A stretch of 64,000 nucleotides of DNA, taken from positions 84,196,001-84,260,000 of the forward strand of contig OX597819.1 of assembly GCA_951406725.2 (NCBI GenBank). Direction: 5' to 3'. The notes below the pieces were generated by a model. That model was not told the DNA's origin, ran no database searches, and saw nothing but the letters and a program-made list of their open reading frames with translations. The stretch comes from Octopus vulgaris. Its lineage: Eukaryota. This document shows positions 1 to 15,000 of the stretch, in pieces. Made by a program: the position numbers and the translations under genes. Numbering within the stretch: the stretch's first letter is position 1; every line of letters begins with the position of its first letter.

Positions 1-3000
1 TTCCGTCATATTATCAACTGTACTCACTGTTTCTTTACTAATCGCTGATCTTTCTCTTAAATAATCATATTTTATTTTTATCATCTCTGTGCTATCTTCA
101 AATTTTGTTGCTGTAGTGATAGGTTTCACTGTCTTTGTTTGACTTAGTACTATGAGAGTTCCATTTGTGAAATAATAAAATAGTTTGTGAGATGAAACTG
201 CATCTGTTGAAATAAAAGATTTTTGTGTGACTGTTAAAATGTCAGTTGCTGCTTCAATAATCACATCTATTGTCTTATTATCAATGGGTAAAATATCTGT
301 ATGGAACTGAAACAATTTATAATCCATTGTCACAAATTGGTCTGTTAGTGACTGATGAGATAGTTCTTCCCCCAAAAATGAAGTCAAATTTTTAACTTCT
401 AAAATCAATGTAGTTACATTCGTTTGGATGGTCGGTGGAATGCTGATTTCAATAAAAAGATCCTTTATAGTGCTAATATTTGTTATTTCTGAAGTTTGGG
501 TTGTCATCTCAGTTGTGTGGAGTAAGTGAACAAGATATGGTGTGGAAGTTTTAGTTTTATAAGCTTTTACACATTCAGTTAAACTAATGTTGACTACTGT
601 TACTTTACAATCAAATTGTGTTGTTATTGTAATAGAAGTTGGTTCTATCACTTTTATGCTGATTTCATATGCAGTAACATTCTTTACTTGTGGATATTTG
701 ACAGTTTTACTAATTTTTGGTAATTTTGTATACGTTTCTGTTTCATTAGCTGTGATTTTCATTGCAGCTGCAGATGATATGGTTGGTAAACTACTAGACA
801 TCCAGATTTCATAAAGTTTAGACTGTCTTGCTAGAAATGTTGGTATGATGAGGAATGACACTGTTACTGTCTGAGTATCAGATCTAGTCCTTGAAGAAGT
901 TTCTCTACCGTATATCATGAATCCACCAGTGTCTGAAGCATAATGTTCATGCGATATATTTCTATAAATATTAGTTGACATTGCTATCATGTCTGTGACA
1001 ACATTTATGATATCACTTACAAGTAATAAATCTGTTATTTCCTTACTTTGTGATGGTGTTACTTTTGTTTGGTAACCTACAGATGTAATTTCTGTAATTT
1101 CAAATTCAGTTTTATTTATGAATGTTGGTTGTATTTTAGTGATATTACTTATATCCAATATATCTATCGATAAAGTATACCCCAATTCTTTTCTGATAGC
1201 CTTTTCACTAACTCTTTTGGAGAAAATATAATCAATAAATGGTATACTTGCACTGGAGTCAGTTAAGAGTTTTGTAATGTCAGTGACTGGAAGTGAGAAG
1301 CTTTGTTGGCTGCTATCAGTTGTAACAGTTACCATAATTTCAGTCATAACTAAATATTTTCCCATGACAGTAGCTTGGGAGAGGCTTTTAATATCAATAA
1401 AGTGCTTTGAGCTATCTGATACTAAAAGACTTGAATAAGTGGTTATTGATATTCCTTTATCTTGAATAACAGTTGTATTTATACCATCATCAGAAAAAAG
1501 TTTGAAATGGATGATTTGTGGTATTCTTTTCTGAATGTCAGTAACACCTGTTTTTGTAATTGTTTCAGTCATTTTATATAAAGCAGTTTCATCAGATTTA
1601 TATTCAATAGATTTCATTACAAGAATGGCTTTTTGTGATGTAGTGTACAAGCCATAATCAGCAATAATTAGTGCGCTCTTGATATAATCAGAAGCACCAA
1701 CTAGTGCAACTGTTGTATAATTGTCTTCATATGATTCAGTTAGTTGTTTTTCAGTTATCGTTGACCCAGATAACATTATACCAGAAGTATCTACTCGTAG
1801 AGATTTTACATCACAAGTAGCTTCAATGTGTCTTACATCATAACTAATGAGAGATTTTTGTGTTAAATCAATGATTGTAACTGATGTTGATATCAAATCA
1901 TATTTTGTTCTGTCAGAGACAATTGTTTTGGTTATTGTCTCATCTGTGACAACCATCCTCACTATAGTAGTTTGCCTGGCTACCTTTCCTTCAATAGTAA
2001 TATTTCTGTCTTGTGTATAATCAGTGATGATTGGTCTAATTATGGTCCAGTTAGCAGAAAATAGTCTTACTATAGTATCAGCAGCAACAGTAGTTAATAC
2101 ATTTATTTCTGTATCAGTGGAAGCTGATCCATATATTGTTATACCAGTGGAAACTAATCTGTCTATTACCTCATCAGTGGGAACTGATACTTGCACTACT
2201 TCATCAGTAGACACTGTTTTAAGTGTTGCTGCCTCAGTGGAAACTGATTCAAGAATCTTTTCATCAGTAGAAACTAATTTATATATTACCATGTCAGTGG
2301 AAACTGTTTCAAGTACGGCCTCATCAGTAGAAATTGATTTAGGGAATGTTTCCCTTGTAGAAAGTGAATGTTTCAGCTGTGTTATCCTATCAGAGTGAAT
2401 TGGTACAGGCATTTTCTCCTTTCTAGTAACAGATTGGGATATTATTTCTTTAGTTGTAGATGGTCCATATTTTACTTCAATGACAGCAAGTGTTCCATTT
2501 ATTGTTGTATCAGTAGTAATTGATTCTAACATTTCTTTAGTTGTGTCGACTAGCCAATACACTGTCTGAACAGTAGCAACTGGCCAATCTACTGTTTCAT
2601 TTGTAGTGCCAGTAGTAATTGATCGGGATATTGTCTCATCACTAACAACTGTACTAGACATTGCTCCAACAATTATACCAAGTATTGACTTATCAGCAGC
2701 AAATTCATCAAGTAGTGTTCCATTAGTAACAACTGTGTCAGATGATACCCTATCAGTAGCAAATATGCTAGATACCGATTTGTCAATACTAATTGTTCTA
2801 GACAATGTTTCATCAACAGTGCCAAGTAGTGTCTTATCAATAATGGCTGTGCTAGATAGCATCTCATCAGCAACAGATGTGCCAGGTAGTGTCTCATCAG
2901 TAACAGCTGTGCCAGGTAGTGTGTCATCAGCCACAGCTATGTCATGTAGTGTTTCCTCAGTCACAACTATGCCAGGTAGTGTCTCATCAGTCACAGCTGT

Positions 3001-6000
3001 GCCAGGTAGTATCACATCAGTAACAGCTGTGCCAGGTAGTGTGTCATCAGCCACAGCTATGTCATGTGGTGTTTCCTCAGTCACAACTATGCCAGGTAGT
3101 GTCTCATCAGTCACAGCTGTGCCAGGTAGTATCACATCTGTAACTGCTGTGCCAGATAGTGTCTCATTAGTAACAGCTATGCCATGTAGTGTTTCATCAG
3201 TCACAACTATGCCAGGTAGTGTCTCATCAGTCACAGCTGTGCCAGGTAGTATTACATCAGTCACAGCTGTGTCAGGTAGTGTCTCATTAGTAACAGCTGT
3301 GCCATGTAGTGTCTGATCAGTTACAGCTATGCCAGATAGTGTCTCATCAGTCACAGCTCTACCATGTAGCTTCATATCAGTCACATTTGTGCGAGGTATT
3401 GTCACATTAGTAACAACTGTGCCAGGTTGTATTACATCAGTCACAGCTGTGCCAGACAGCATCACATCAGTAACAACTATTCCAGGCAGTATCTCATCAG
3501 TTACAGTTGTGCCAGGTAGTGTCTCATTAGTTACAGCTGTGCCAGGTAATGTCTCTTCAGTCATAGCTGTACCAGGTAGTATCACATCAGTAACAGCTGT
3601 GCCAAGTAGTGTCTCTGTCACAGCTGTGCCAGATAGTGTCTCATCTGTAACAGCTGTGCCAGGTAGCCACACATCAGTCACAGCTGTGCCAGGTAGTGTC
3701 TCATTAGTTACAGCTGTGCCAGGTAGTGTCTCATCAGTAACGGCTGTGCCAGGTAGTGTCTCATCAGTCACAGCTGTGCCAGGTAGTGTCTCATCAGAAA
3801 CAACTGTGCCAGATAGTGTCTCATCAGTAACAGATATGCCAAGTAGTGTCTCTGTCACAGCTGTGCCAGGTAGCGTCACATCAGTCACAACTGTGCTAGG
3901 TAATGTCTCATTAGTAATAGTTGTGCCAGGTAGTATCTCATCAGTCACAGCTGTGCCAGGTAGTGTCTCATCAGTAACGTCTGTACCAGTTAGTGTCACA
4001 TCAATTTTTCCAGGTAGTATCACATCAGTCATAGCTGTGCTTGGTAGTGTCTCATTAGTAACAGCCTTGCTATGTAGTGTTTCATTAGTCACAGCTGTGC
4101 CAATTAGTACCACATCAGTAACAGCTGTGCCAGTTAGTATCACGTCAGCCACAGCTGTGCTAGGTAGTGTTTCTGTCACAGTTGGGCCAAGTAGTGTCGT
4201 ATTAGTAACAACTGTGCCAGGTAGCATCACATCAGTCACAACTGTGCCAGGTAGTGTCTGACCAGTTACAGCTGCACCAGGCAGCATCACATCAGTAACA
4301 ACTAATCCAGGCAGTATCTCATCAGTAACAGCTGTGCCAGGTAGTGTCTCATCAGAAACAACTGTGCCAGGTAGCATCACATCAGTCATAGCTGTGCTAG
4401 GTAGTGTCTCATTAGTTACAGTTGTGTCATGTAATGTCTCACCAGTAACAGCTGTGCCAGGTAGTATCACATCTGTAACAGCTGTGCCAGGTAGTGTCTC
4501 ATCAGAAACAACTGTGCCAGATAGTGTCTCATCAGTAACAGATATGCCAAGTAGTGTCTCTGTCACAGCTGTGCCAGGTAGTGTCTCATTAGTAACAGCC
4601 TTGCCAGGTAGTGTCTTATCAATCACAGCTATGCCAGGTAGTGTCTCATCTGTAACAGCTGTGCCAGGTAGCATCACATCAGTCACAACTGTACTAGGTA
4701 ATGTCTTATTAGTAACAGCTATGCCAAGTAGCATTACATCAGTCACAGCTGTGCCAGGTAGTGTCCAATTAGTGACAGCTGTGCCAGGTAGTATCTCATC
4801 AATAACAGCTGTGTCACGTAGTGCCTCATTAGTAACAGCTGTACCAGCTAGCATCACATCAGTTACAGCTGTGCTCGGTAGTGTCTCATTAGTAGTAGCT
4901 ATACCAGGTAGTGTCACATTAGTCATGGCTGTGGCACGTAGTATTTCATCAGTAACAACTGTATCATACCTTTTTTCATTAGTAACAACTCTGCTAGTTA
5001 GATTCTCAACAGTACCAAATATGTCAGGTATTATCTCGTCCGTAAGAACTGTACCAGTCCTGGTCTTAATTGATGCAACTGTGCTAGTAATTATCTCATC
5101 TGTTGCAAATGTGCTAGGCATTGTCTCATCTGTAGTAACTATGCCAGATGTTATCTCATCTGTAACAATTCTACCTGGCAATGTCTTACTTGTAGCAGCT
5201 GTACAAGTCATTGTTCTATCTGTAGCTACAAGCCAATCAGATGTTGTGAAAGCAGTAATGGCTGTGCCAAGAATTGTTTTATGAATAACATCTGTGTGAA
5301 GTGCCATCTTATTTGTAGTAACTGCATAACATATTGCTTCCTGAATTGTAGATATTCTAGATATTGCCATTTTCTCATCAGTAGCAACTGTGCTAGCTGT
5401 TACTTCATTAGTAGTAAAACTTCCAAGTGTTGTACCATCTGTAGCATCTGTGCTAAGTATTATTTCATCAGCAGCATCTGTGCCTTGTGTTGTGTCATCA
5501 GGAGCAAGTGTAGAAGCTGCTGTCTCAACAGTAACATCAGTGTGAAATATTGTATCATCAGTAGCAACTGTCCTTTGTATTGTCTCATTTGTGTCACCAA
5601 CACTAGATATCATCTCATCTGTTGTTGCTACACCAGACATTGCCTCATTAATAGTAACTGTACCATAGCTTTTCATATCAGTAGCAAGTGTAATGGGCAT
5701 TGTCTTATAAGCAGCAAGTGTACCAGGTATTGTTTCATTTGTAGCCTCTGTACCTAATGTTATGTCATCTGTAGCTACTGCATCTCGTCCTGTGTAATTA
5801 GTAACAATTTTGGCAGGGAGTGTCTCATCCATAGCAACTGCATCAAGTAGTGTCTCATCTGTGTCATGTGTGCTAGATATTATCTTAACTCTCGTAGGCA
5901 TGCCAGATATTATCTCATTTGTAGCAAGTGTCCCAGGTATTACATCATCTATAGCAGGTATTCCAGGTATTATCTCATCTGTAGCAGATGTACCAAATTT

Positions 6001-9000
6001 TATTCCATCTGTAGTTGATGTACCAACTATTATCTCATCTGTAGCAGATGTGCCAGATATTATCTCATCTGTAGTAGGAGTACTAGATATTATCTTATCT
6101 GTAGCAGGTGCAACAAGTATTATCCCATCTATAGCAGATGGACCAGATATTATCTCATCTGTAGTATGTATGCCAGGTACTATCTCATCTGTTGCAGGTA
6201 TGACAGGTATTGTCTCATCTGCAGCAGGTATGCTAGTTATTATCTCTTTTGTACTAGGTATGCCAGGTATTATCTCACCTGTAGTAGGCATGTCAGGTAT
6301 TATCTCATCTGTAGCCACTGCACCAGGTATTATTTCATCTGTGGCATCTGTGCCAAGTATTATCCCATCTATAGCAACAGTCCCAGATATCATATCAGTA
6401 GCAATTGTCCCAGATATTATCTCATCTATAGCAACTGTGCCAGTTATCATTTCATCAGTAACAACTTCACCTGATATTGTCTGTTTAGTGACAATTTTAT
6501 CAGACATCATCTTATCTATAGCTACTAAACCAGTTATTCTTTCATCCATAGTCACTGTACTATGTATTGTCTCATTAATAACCATTTTACCAGATTTTGT
6601 CTCATCTGTAGAAACTGTGCTAGATATAGTTTGATCAGCAATAACTGTGCTAGTTATTATCATATCTTTAGCAACTGTACCAGGTATTGTCTCATTTGTA
6701 ACAACCATGCCAGATATTGTTTTATTTGAAACAATTGTACTAGAAACAATTGTACCAGGAACAATTGCACCAGGCAATACCAGGTTGTATGTGGCCTCCT
6801 CAGTGGTAACTGTACCATGTATTGTTTCATCAGTAATAACTTTTTTATATTTTGCTTTGACTGTAACATTTCGGCTGTATGTTGTATCCTTTGAAGTGGT
6901 TGAATGAACCATTATTACTTCAGAAGTAACTGATAGATAATCTTTAACTTGACCACTTTCTAACACATAGTCACTAGTGATTAATTTTCTTATGTCTTCA
7001 TCAGTAACATCAGTATCATTAGTTTCAAATGATGTTTGATCAGTCACTACTAATCTATAAATTATACTCTTAGTAGCAAATGGCTTATATATTTTCTTAT
7101 CAATGGCAGTTGACCTGGACTTTGTCTCATTAAATGCAGGTGATCTATATGTGATCTCATACATATCTGTTCCATATAACATGCCATCAATAAATCTATA
7201 TATTACTTTGTCATCAGAAGTAATAACTGGTCCATATTCCTTTTCATCTTTAACAATTGTTCTAAATGTTGATATATAAGTAACCACTGGTCTATAGATT
7301 GTAACATCAGTAACAGTTGATCTGTGGCTTGTAACATCAGTAGCTGCTGGTCTATAGATTGTAATATCAGTAGCAGCTGGTTTATAGATTGTAACATCAG
7401 TAGCATTTGATCTATAGATTGTAACATCAGTAGCATAAGAATCAGCTAGTGTATAGACTGTAACATCAGTAGCAGCTGATATATAGATTGTAACATCAGT
7501 AGCATCTGGCATATAAATTGTAGCATCTGTAGCAGCTGGTTTATATATTGTAACATTAGTTGTAGCAGATCTATAGGTTGTAACATCAGTAACAGCTGGC
7601 CTGTAGATTGAAACATCAGCAGTTACAGGTTTATAGATTGTAATATCAGTAACATTAGTAGCAGCTTGTTTATAGATTGTAACATCAGTAGTAGGTGGTC
7701 TATAAAGAGTTACACCAGTAGTATCTGGTTTGTAGATTGCAATATCACTAGCTGCTGTTCTATATATTGTAACATTAGTAGCATCTGCTTTATAGATTGT
7801 AACATTAGAAGTAGCTGGTCTAGAGATTGTAACATCAGTAGCAGCTGGTCTATAGATGGTAACATCCATAGCAGCTGGTCTATAGATTATAACATCAGTA
7901 GCAGCTGGTCTATATATTGTAACATCAGTAGCATTTGATCTATAGATTGTGACATCAGTAACATCAGTAGCAGCTGGTTTATAGCTTGTAACATTAGTAG
8001 TTGCTTGCCTATAGATAGAAACATCACTGACAGCTGGTGTGTAGATTGAAACATCAGTAATATAAGTAGCTGTTTGTCTATATATTGTAACATCAGTAGT
8101 AGGTGGTCTATAGACGGTAACATCAGTAGTGGATGGTCTGTAGATCGTAACATCAGTAGTATCTGGTCTGTAGATTGTAACATCACTAGCTGTTGGGCTA
8201 TACATTGTAACATCAATAGCATCTGCTTTATAGATTGTAACATCGGTAACATCTGGTTTATAGACTGTAGCATCAATAGCAGCTAGACTATAGATGGTAA
8301 CATCCGTAGCAGCTAGTTTATAGATTGTAACATCAGTAATAGCTGGTGCATATGTTGTAACATCAGTAACATCTGGTCTATAAATTGTAACATCAGAAAA
8401 GACTGGTCTATAGATTCTAACATCACTAGCTGTTGGTCTATAGGCTGTTTCATTAGTAGCAACTGGTGTATAGGTTGTTACAACAGTAGCAGTTTGTCTA
8501 TAGACTGTAACTTGAGTAGCAGTTGGTATATAGATTGTAACATCTGTAGCTACTGGTTTATATACTGTAACATAAGTATCAGCTGGTTTATAGATTGTAA
8601 CATTTGTAACAACTGGTCTATATATTGTAACATCAGTAACAACTGGTTTAGAGATTGTAACATCGGTAGTACTTGGTCTATATATTGTAGCACCAGTAAG
8701 AGCTGGTCTATATATTGTAACATTAGTAACAACTGGTTTAGAGATTGTGACATCGGTAGTACTTTGTCTATATATTGTAGCATCAGTAAGAGCTGGTCTA
8801 TATATTGTAACATCAGTAACAACTGGTTTAGAGATTGTAACATCGGTAGTACTTGGTCTATATATTGTAGCACCAGTAAGAGCTGGTCTATATATTGTAA
8901 CATCAGTAGCAACTGGTCTATATTTAATCAAATTAGTAGCAAGTGGCCCATATACTAATTCATCAATGGTAACTAATCCCTCATCAGAAGCAATTGGTTC

Positions 9001-12000
9001 AATTTTTGTTTTGATAGTTATAGCTGATACCAGTGCTGTTTCCTTGACAACAACTTCATGAGGCATTGTCTCAATTGATCCAAATATTGTTTCAGTGTGA
9101 ATTGATACAGATACTACTTCATCAGGGGAAACTGTGATAGCAGTTACACTTATTGCTTCATCAGAATCAACCAAGTCAGATATTGCTACATCAGTAGCAA
9201 TCATTGATACAGATACAGTTTTAACATCATCAACTGATTTATATATTGCTATATCTGTGTCAATTGTTGATACAGATATAGTTTCAGCCTCATCAACTGA
9301 TCCATATATTGATTCTTCAGTGGTGACTGACATTGTTTCGATAGAGGTGAATAATCTAGATGATACTTTATCCATACCAGTTGAACCAGTTATTGTTTTA
9401 CCAGTTGCAGCTAAAGTAGATATTGCTCTATCAGAGTCAATCAAATGAGATATTACTCTATCAGAGTCAATCAAATGAGATATTACTCTATCAGTAGCAA
9501 CTAATCTTGATGTTCCTTTAACTGTGACACCCAAACCTGCAATAGTTTTGTATTCTGTACCGGTTTCATCTGTGGAAATTATTCCTGATAGTGTTTCAGT
9601 GCTTGAAATTGATTCAGATACACTTTTGTTTGTGGTGAGCAATCTAGATATTGTTTCATTGCTTTTGATCAAACCGGATACAACTTTGAGAGCAGCAACT
9701 GATCTTGGTTTGACTTCATCTGTAGTAGCTGACATATCTTCAGCTTCATCAATTCCACCAATAACAACTGGTTCATGTATGGTTTTATCAGACGTAACTG
9801 ATGTATATTCCATCACATCAATAGATATTGATCTATATATTACAATACTAGTCACTACTGGTTTATACGTTACTGAAACAATAACAACTGGTTTATACAA
9901 AACTACACCAGTAGCCGTTGGTTGAACCACTATATCACCAGTAGTGGTTGGCTCAATCACTACATGACCTGTAGTAGTTGCTTGAACCACTACATCACTA
10001 ATAGCTTCTAGTCTATATACTTTCATGTCAGCAACTGATGGTATATGCATCAACATCTCTGTGGTAACGGTTTTATGTATTACCAAATTAGTGGTAGTTG
10101 ATCTATATACTGTTTTATTAGTAGCAACAGGCTTATCAGTAACAACCATTCTATATATTACCAGGTAAGTGACAAGTGGTGCATCAACTTTCTTCCCAGT
10201 AACAGCTGGTCTGTATGTTACAACATCAGTTGTAATTAGTTTATATGTAATCACATGGGTGACAAATAGTTTATCCACTGTATCCTCTGTAACACCTGGT
10301 CTGTATGTCACAAAATCAAAAGCAAGTGGTCTATATGTTAGGAGAACAGTACCATTTTGTTTACGTGTTACCACATCTGTAACAATGATTGTATCAATTG
10401 CAAGTGATCTGTATATTATTAAATCAGTAGCAAGAGACCCACCTACTTTATCATCAATGCCAACTGTTTTATTCAACGCAGTATAAGGAATAACTGGTCT
10501 ATATATTGTTACATTAATAGTCAAAGGCTGGTACATTACTTCATGAGTACTGAGTGATTGAGTTGTTTTATTTTTAATATCAATTGTTTTGTGAGTCACT
10601 ACATCAGATAGAATTGTTCTATATGTTATGACATCACTACCAATTAATTTATATATTGTCATACCTGTAGTAACTGGTCTGGATATCATTACATCAATAA
10701 CCACTGGCTTATACACCACCTCCTCAGTAGCATCTGACACATATAGTGTCTTGTTAGCAGTAATTAAACCAATGATTAACTTGTCTGTAATTACTGAAGA
10801 TTTTATATAATCAGTTGTAGATACTCTCGTCATTTGGGGGTCAGTTGCAAGTGATTTTAATGTGCGATCATCAACTACTGTGTCTCTTGTTACAATACCA
10901 TAAGTAGTTAATATAATTATTTTAACGCTAGTCTGAACTGTTGTAGATATTGTATCATCGTCTTCCACACTTGATGGCACCTTTGAATGCTCTCTAATGA
11001 TTAGTCCTGCTCTATCATCAGTGATAGCTGTTATGGCTATAGAAGCATCTGTAGCTACTGACTGATTCACTGAATCATCTTTATCAACAAGCATGGGGAC
11101 TGAATCCTCCATAGAAGCAGACTTGTTAACTGACTCAATTACAGCAATGGTAGAACCATTTATAAAAACAGTCTTAGTGATTGAGTCATCTGTAGTAGTA
11201 GCCACAGCAAATGAATCATTTATGGCAACACTTATTGTAATATAATCATCAGTAGCAATGGTTGTAGTTATAGAACTTTCTAAAACAACAAATGTGGTGA
11301 CTGAATCACCCATCGTAGTCAATATACTTGAAACATTAAAAGTCACAGTTGATAAGTCAATGAATGTTTGTTTTGTTACCACATCTTTCTTAGTAACTAA
11401 TTCTCCTGCTTTAGAATCCCAGCCAATTGCATCTGCTATATCTTCCGGTAAAATATATCCTGTTGTCACATGACTAAAAACAACAGATTCACTTATGATC
11501 TCATCAGAGAAAATAGACCCAAATGTTAGATCATCAGAGGCAATAGTATGAGCAGTAACATTTTCAGAATCCACAAATTGTATTGCTCTAATGCTAGAGG
11601 ATCTAAATGTCATATTATCAAATATTACCAATCCCATTTTTATAATTTTTGTTTCATCAGAGTATGTGAATTTAGTGGTTACATTATCAGAGACCGTGTA
11701 ACTCCTTACATCAGAGACCCTGAATTTTATTGTCATAGATTCAGTAGATTTCTTTGTTATGTCATGAGGTAATGGAAATTTCCTTGTAGCCTTAAAAGAA
11801 ACTATAGTTCTCATTGTTACAATCTGAATGAAAGTGGATATTTTTGTGATACTATCATCATCATGGTCTGTAGATTTCATTGTTACATCACCAGAAATTA
11901 TGAACTTCGTTGCTACACCACCAGAGACTTTGGATTGTCCTCTTATGTCACGAGATACTATGTACTTTGTTGTTTTGACATCAAATTTAGATTTGATTGC

Positions 12001-15000
12001 TATATCATCAGAAACTGTGGATATTATTGCTGTATCATCTGTTAGTGAAAATATCGTTGCTACATCATCAGAAGCTGTGGATCTCATTGTAGCATTAAAG
12101 TCAATTGTTATATCATCAAAAACTGTATGTTTTGATGTCACTTCTTCGAAGACCATGAGTTCCATTGTTTTGTCAGATGTTACAGATCCTGTTATAACAT
12201 CATCATATATGGTACTATTCATTATTGTATCATTAAATATTGTAGGTTGCATTGTTACATAATCAGAAAATGTGGTTATTGCTGTTACATCCTGAGTGAA
12301 CATGGATGTCATTGTTACATCTTCTGATACAGGTTCTTTAATTGTTTCATTATCAGAGAGTATTTCTGTAGAAATTATATCTTTCCTTGTTGCATCATGG
12401 GGGATTGCAAATTCAACTGTTGCAATAGCTAAGAGAGTAGAGCCCATATGTTCATCGACTGAGTCAACAGATGCTTTTTTTTCATCATCACTGACCAAAG
12501 GCAATCTCATTGTTATATTGTCATCCTCAGCAAGAAATCTTGTTGCATCATCATCAACTCTAGACTTCTGTGTTACATAATCACCAAATATAGATCTCAT
12601 TGTTACCTCAACTTTAATTAGAGAATTTGTTATATTGGCACTCACTAGAGACCATATTATATGGTCACTAAGCAGAGAACTTGTGACATCATGATCGATT
12701 TGAGACTTTGTTATTAGTTCTTCATCAACAATGATTTTAAATCTTGATGTTAATATATCATCTTTGGCTAAAGATCTTGTTGTTAGGTCATCACTCACTA
12801 GAAACTGTACTGTTGTATTGTCTCTATGTAGATATCTTGTTCTATGATCACTGATTAAAGATCTGTTTGTTATATCGCCACTAACAAGAAATTGCTTTGA
12901 TATAGCATCAAAGTGTATGGCTTTAGTTACCACTTGAGTTTTAACTTTTACCTTACCAGAAACAAGAGTCCTTGGTTTTACATCATGAATATGAAGAGTT
13001 GTCTTTGATGTGTAGTCAGATCTCAAAATTTTATGATCTGGAATTATCAATCCAGTTATTGCTTCATCAGATATTACAGATGCTATAGTTGCATTGTCAG
13101 AGTCTACAGGTCTCAAAGATAGTTCAGTAAAGAGTATAGAACCAATTTTTCCATCACCAGAGGAACTAGTCTCTATTACTCTCCCAGTGAAAACTAAGGG
13201 TGCAACTGTTAATTCATCAGAAATTATTTTTACATCATCAGAATCAATGGATTTAATTGTACTATCATTAGAATGCTTAGATATTAGTTTTACATGATCA
13301 CTTGTTCCAATAAGTGTCATTAATCCATCATCAGATACTCTATATTCTAATGTTACATTTTCAGAACCTATATAATACATTGTTATGTTGTCAAAAGCTA
13401 TATGCTTTAAGCTTACATAATCAGGAGTAATAAATGTTGTTAAATTATCAAAAATAATGAATGCTTTTCTTACATCATCAGTAATAGTAAATTCCTTTGT
13501 TATACTATCAATAAGGGTGGATGTTACTGTTGTCTTATGAGAAATGGTGAATTCTGGGGTTACATTAGCAAGAAGGCTAGATTTTACTGTTAACTTGTCA
13601 GATGTGACAGCTACCATTGTTCCATTATCAGATATGATATATGTTGTTACCTCATCAGAGATAATAGATTTCTTTGTTACAGCTTTAGAAATATTTACTT
13701 CTTTCATCATTTGATAAAATATTGTTGATTCCTTTGTTATATTATCAAAGACTAAACTCTGCATTGTTGTATCATGTGAGATTTTAGATTCAATGATTTT
13801 GGTATCGACAGCAATTCCCTTTGTTATCACTTTCTGAGAAATATTATGTTCTGTTGTTATAGATTCTGTTGTTGCTTCATGAAAGTCTTTGGATCTAATT
13901 AATACATCACTGAAGTCGGTGAGGATTTTCCTATCATCATATGCAATAGATTCTCTTGTGACATGTGCAAAAGGAACAGATCCAGTTATAACTGATTTCA
14001 TTATTGTATCACTAACTGTATTTCCTATTGTTTTATCACCTGAGTCAAAAGGCTTGGATCCCACAAAAGATGTGACTTTTATGCTCATAGTGTCTCTTTT
14101 AGCAATTAATCTTGTGCTTATGCCATCATAGAGAACCAAAGCTCTATCTTTTGTAGCAGTGAATTCAGGTAGTAAACCTACTTTTATTTTCAATTCTTTG
14201 GAAAATATTGAGTCAGTAACTACACCTTCAACAGCAAGTGAATAAATTTCTGTAATGTTAATACCAGACTCAATCAATGTATAATCAGTAACAACACTTT
14301 CAATCATGTCTTTTCTGATTGATACTGCAACTTGTGTTATAAAAGATCTTATTGTTATTGTACTAATGACATCTGATCCTGCTGTGGTAAACTGAGTCAC
14401 AGCTTTAGCTGTTACAAGTCTTCTAGGAGGTACAGATACTGTGTCTGTAGTAAGCAGTTCTATTATCATATCATCAGTAACTTTAGATATTGTCTCTTCA
14501 GGTGTAATTGGTTCAGATGAAACTAATCCAGTTAATGTAACATTAGTTGTAAATGTACTCATTCTTGTAATGCTGTATCTATCAGTAACTGATCTGTTTA
14601 GTATATCAATAACCATTGGTGGAATTATTATATCAGTTGTAATTGTACCAGTTATGTCAGATTGCAATCCATGTATAAACCTAGTAGTTTCTACTCTACT
14701 TATATCAGTAGACATCGATCCAGTAACTTGTGGTGTTGTTATATAATCAGTACCTCTCAATTTAATTACTATGTCAATATCTTTTGATCCAGTTATCATA
14801 GAAGAAATTATGCTATATATGTCAGTAGTTTTCAGTTCAGATATTAAGTTAGTAGTATTTTTCAATTTAGTTAGGTTAGCTAGCACCAAACCTGGTGTTA
14901 AAATCATAGTTTGTGATCTAGTTATCTTATCAGCCATTATTCTAGGGACTGAGGCATCAGTTGGTCCAGCTACATCACCAGAACTTAATAATCCGGTTCT

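Noticed and set aside
2860-8930. 30-bp periodic repeats as a possible CRISPR array
   Set aside because: The units are head-to-tail with no unique spacers, are protein-coding, have no cas genes nearby, and sit in eukaryotic context.
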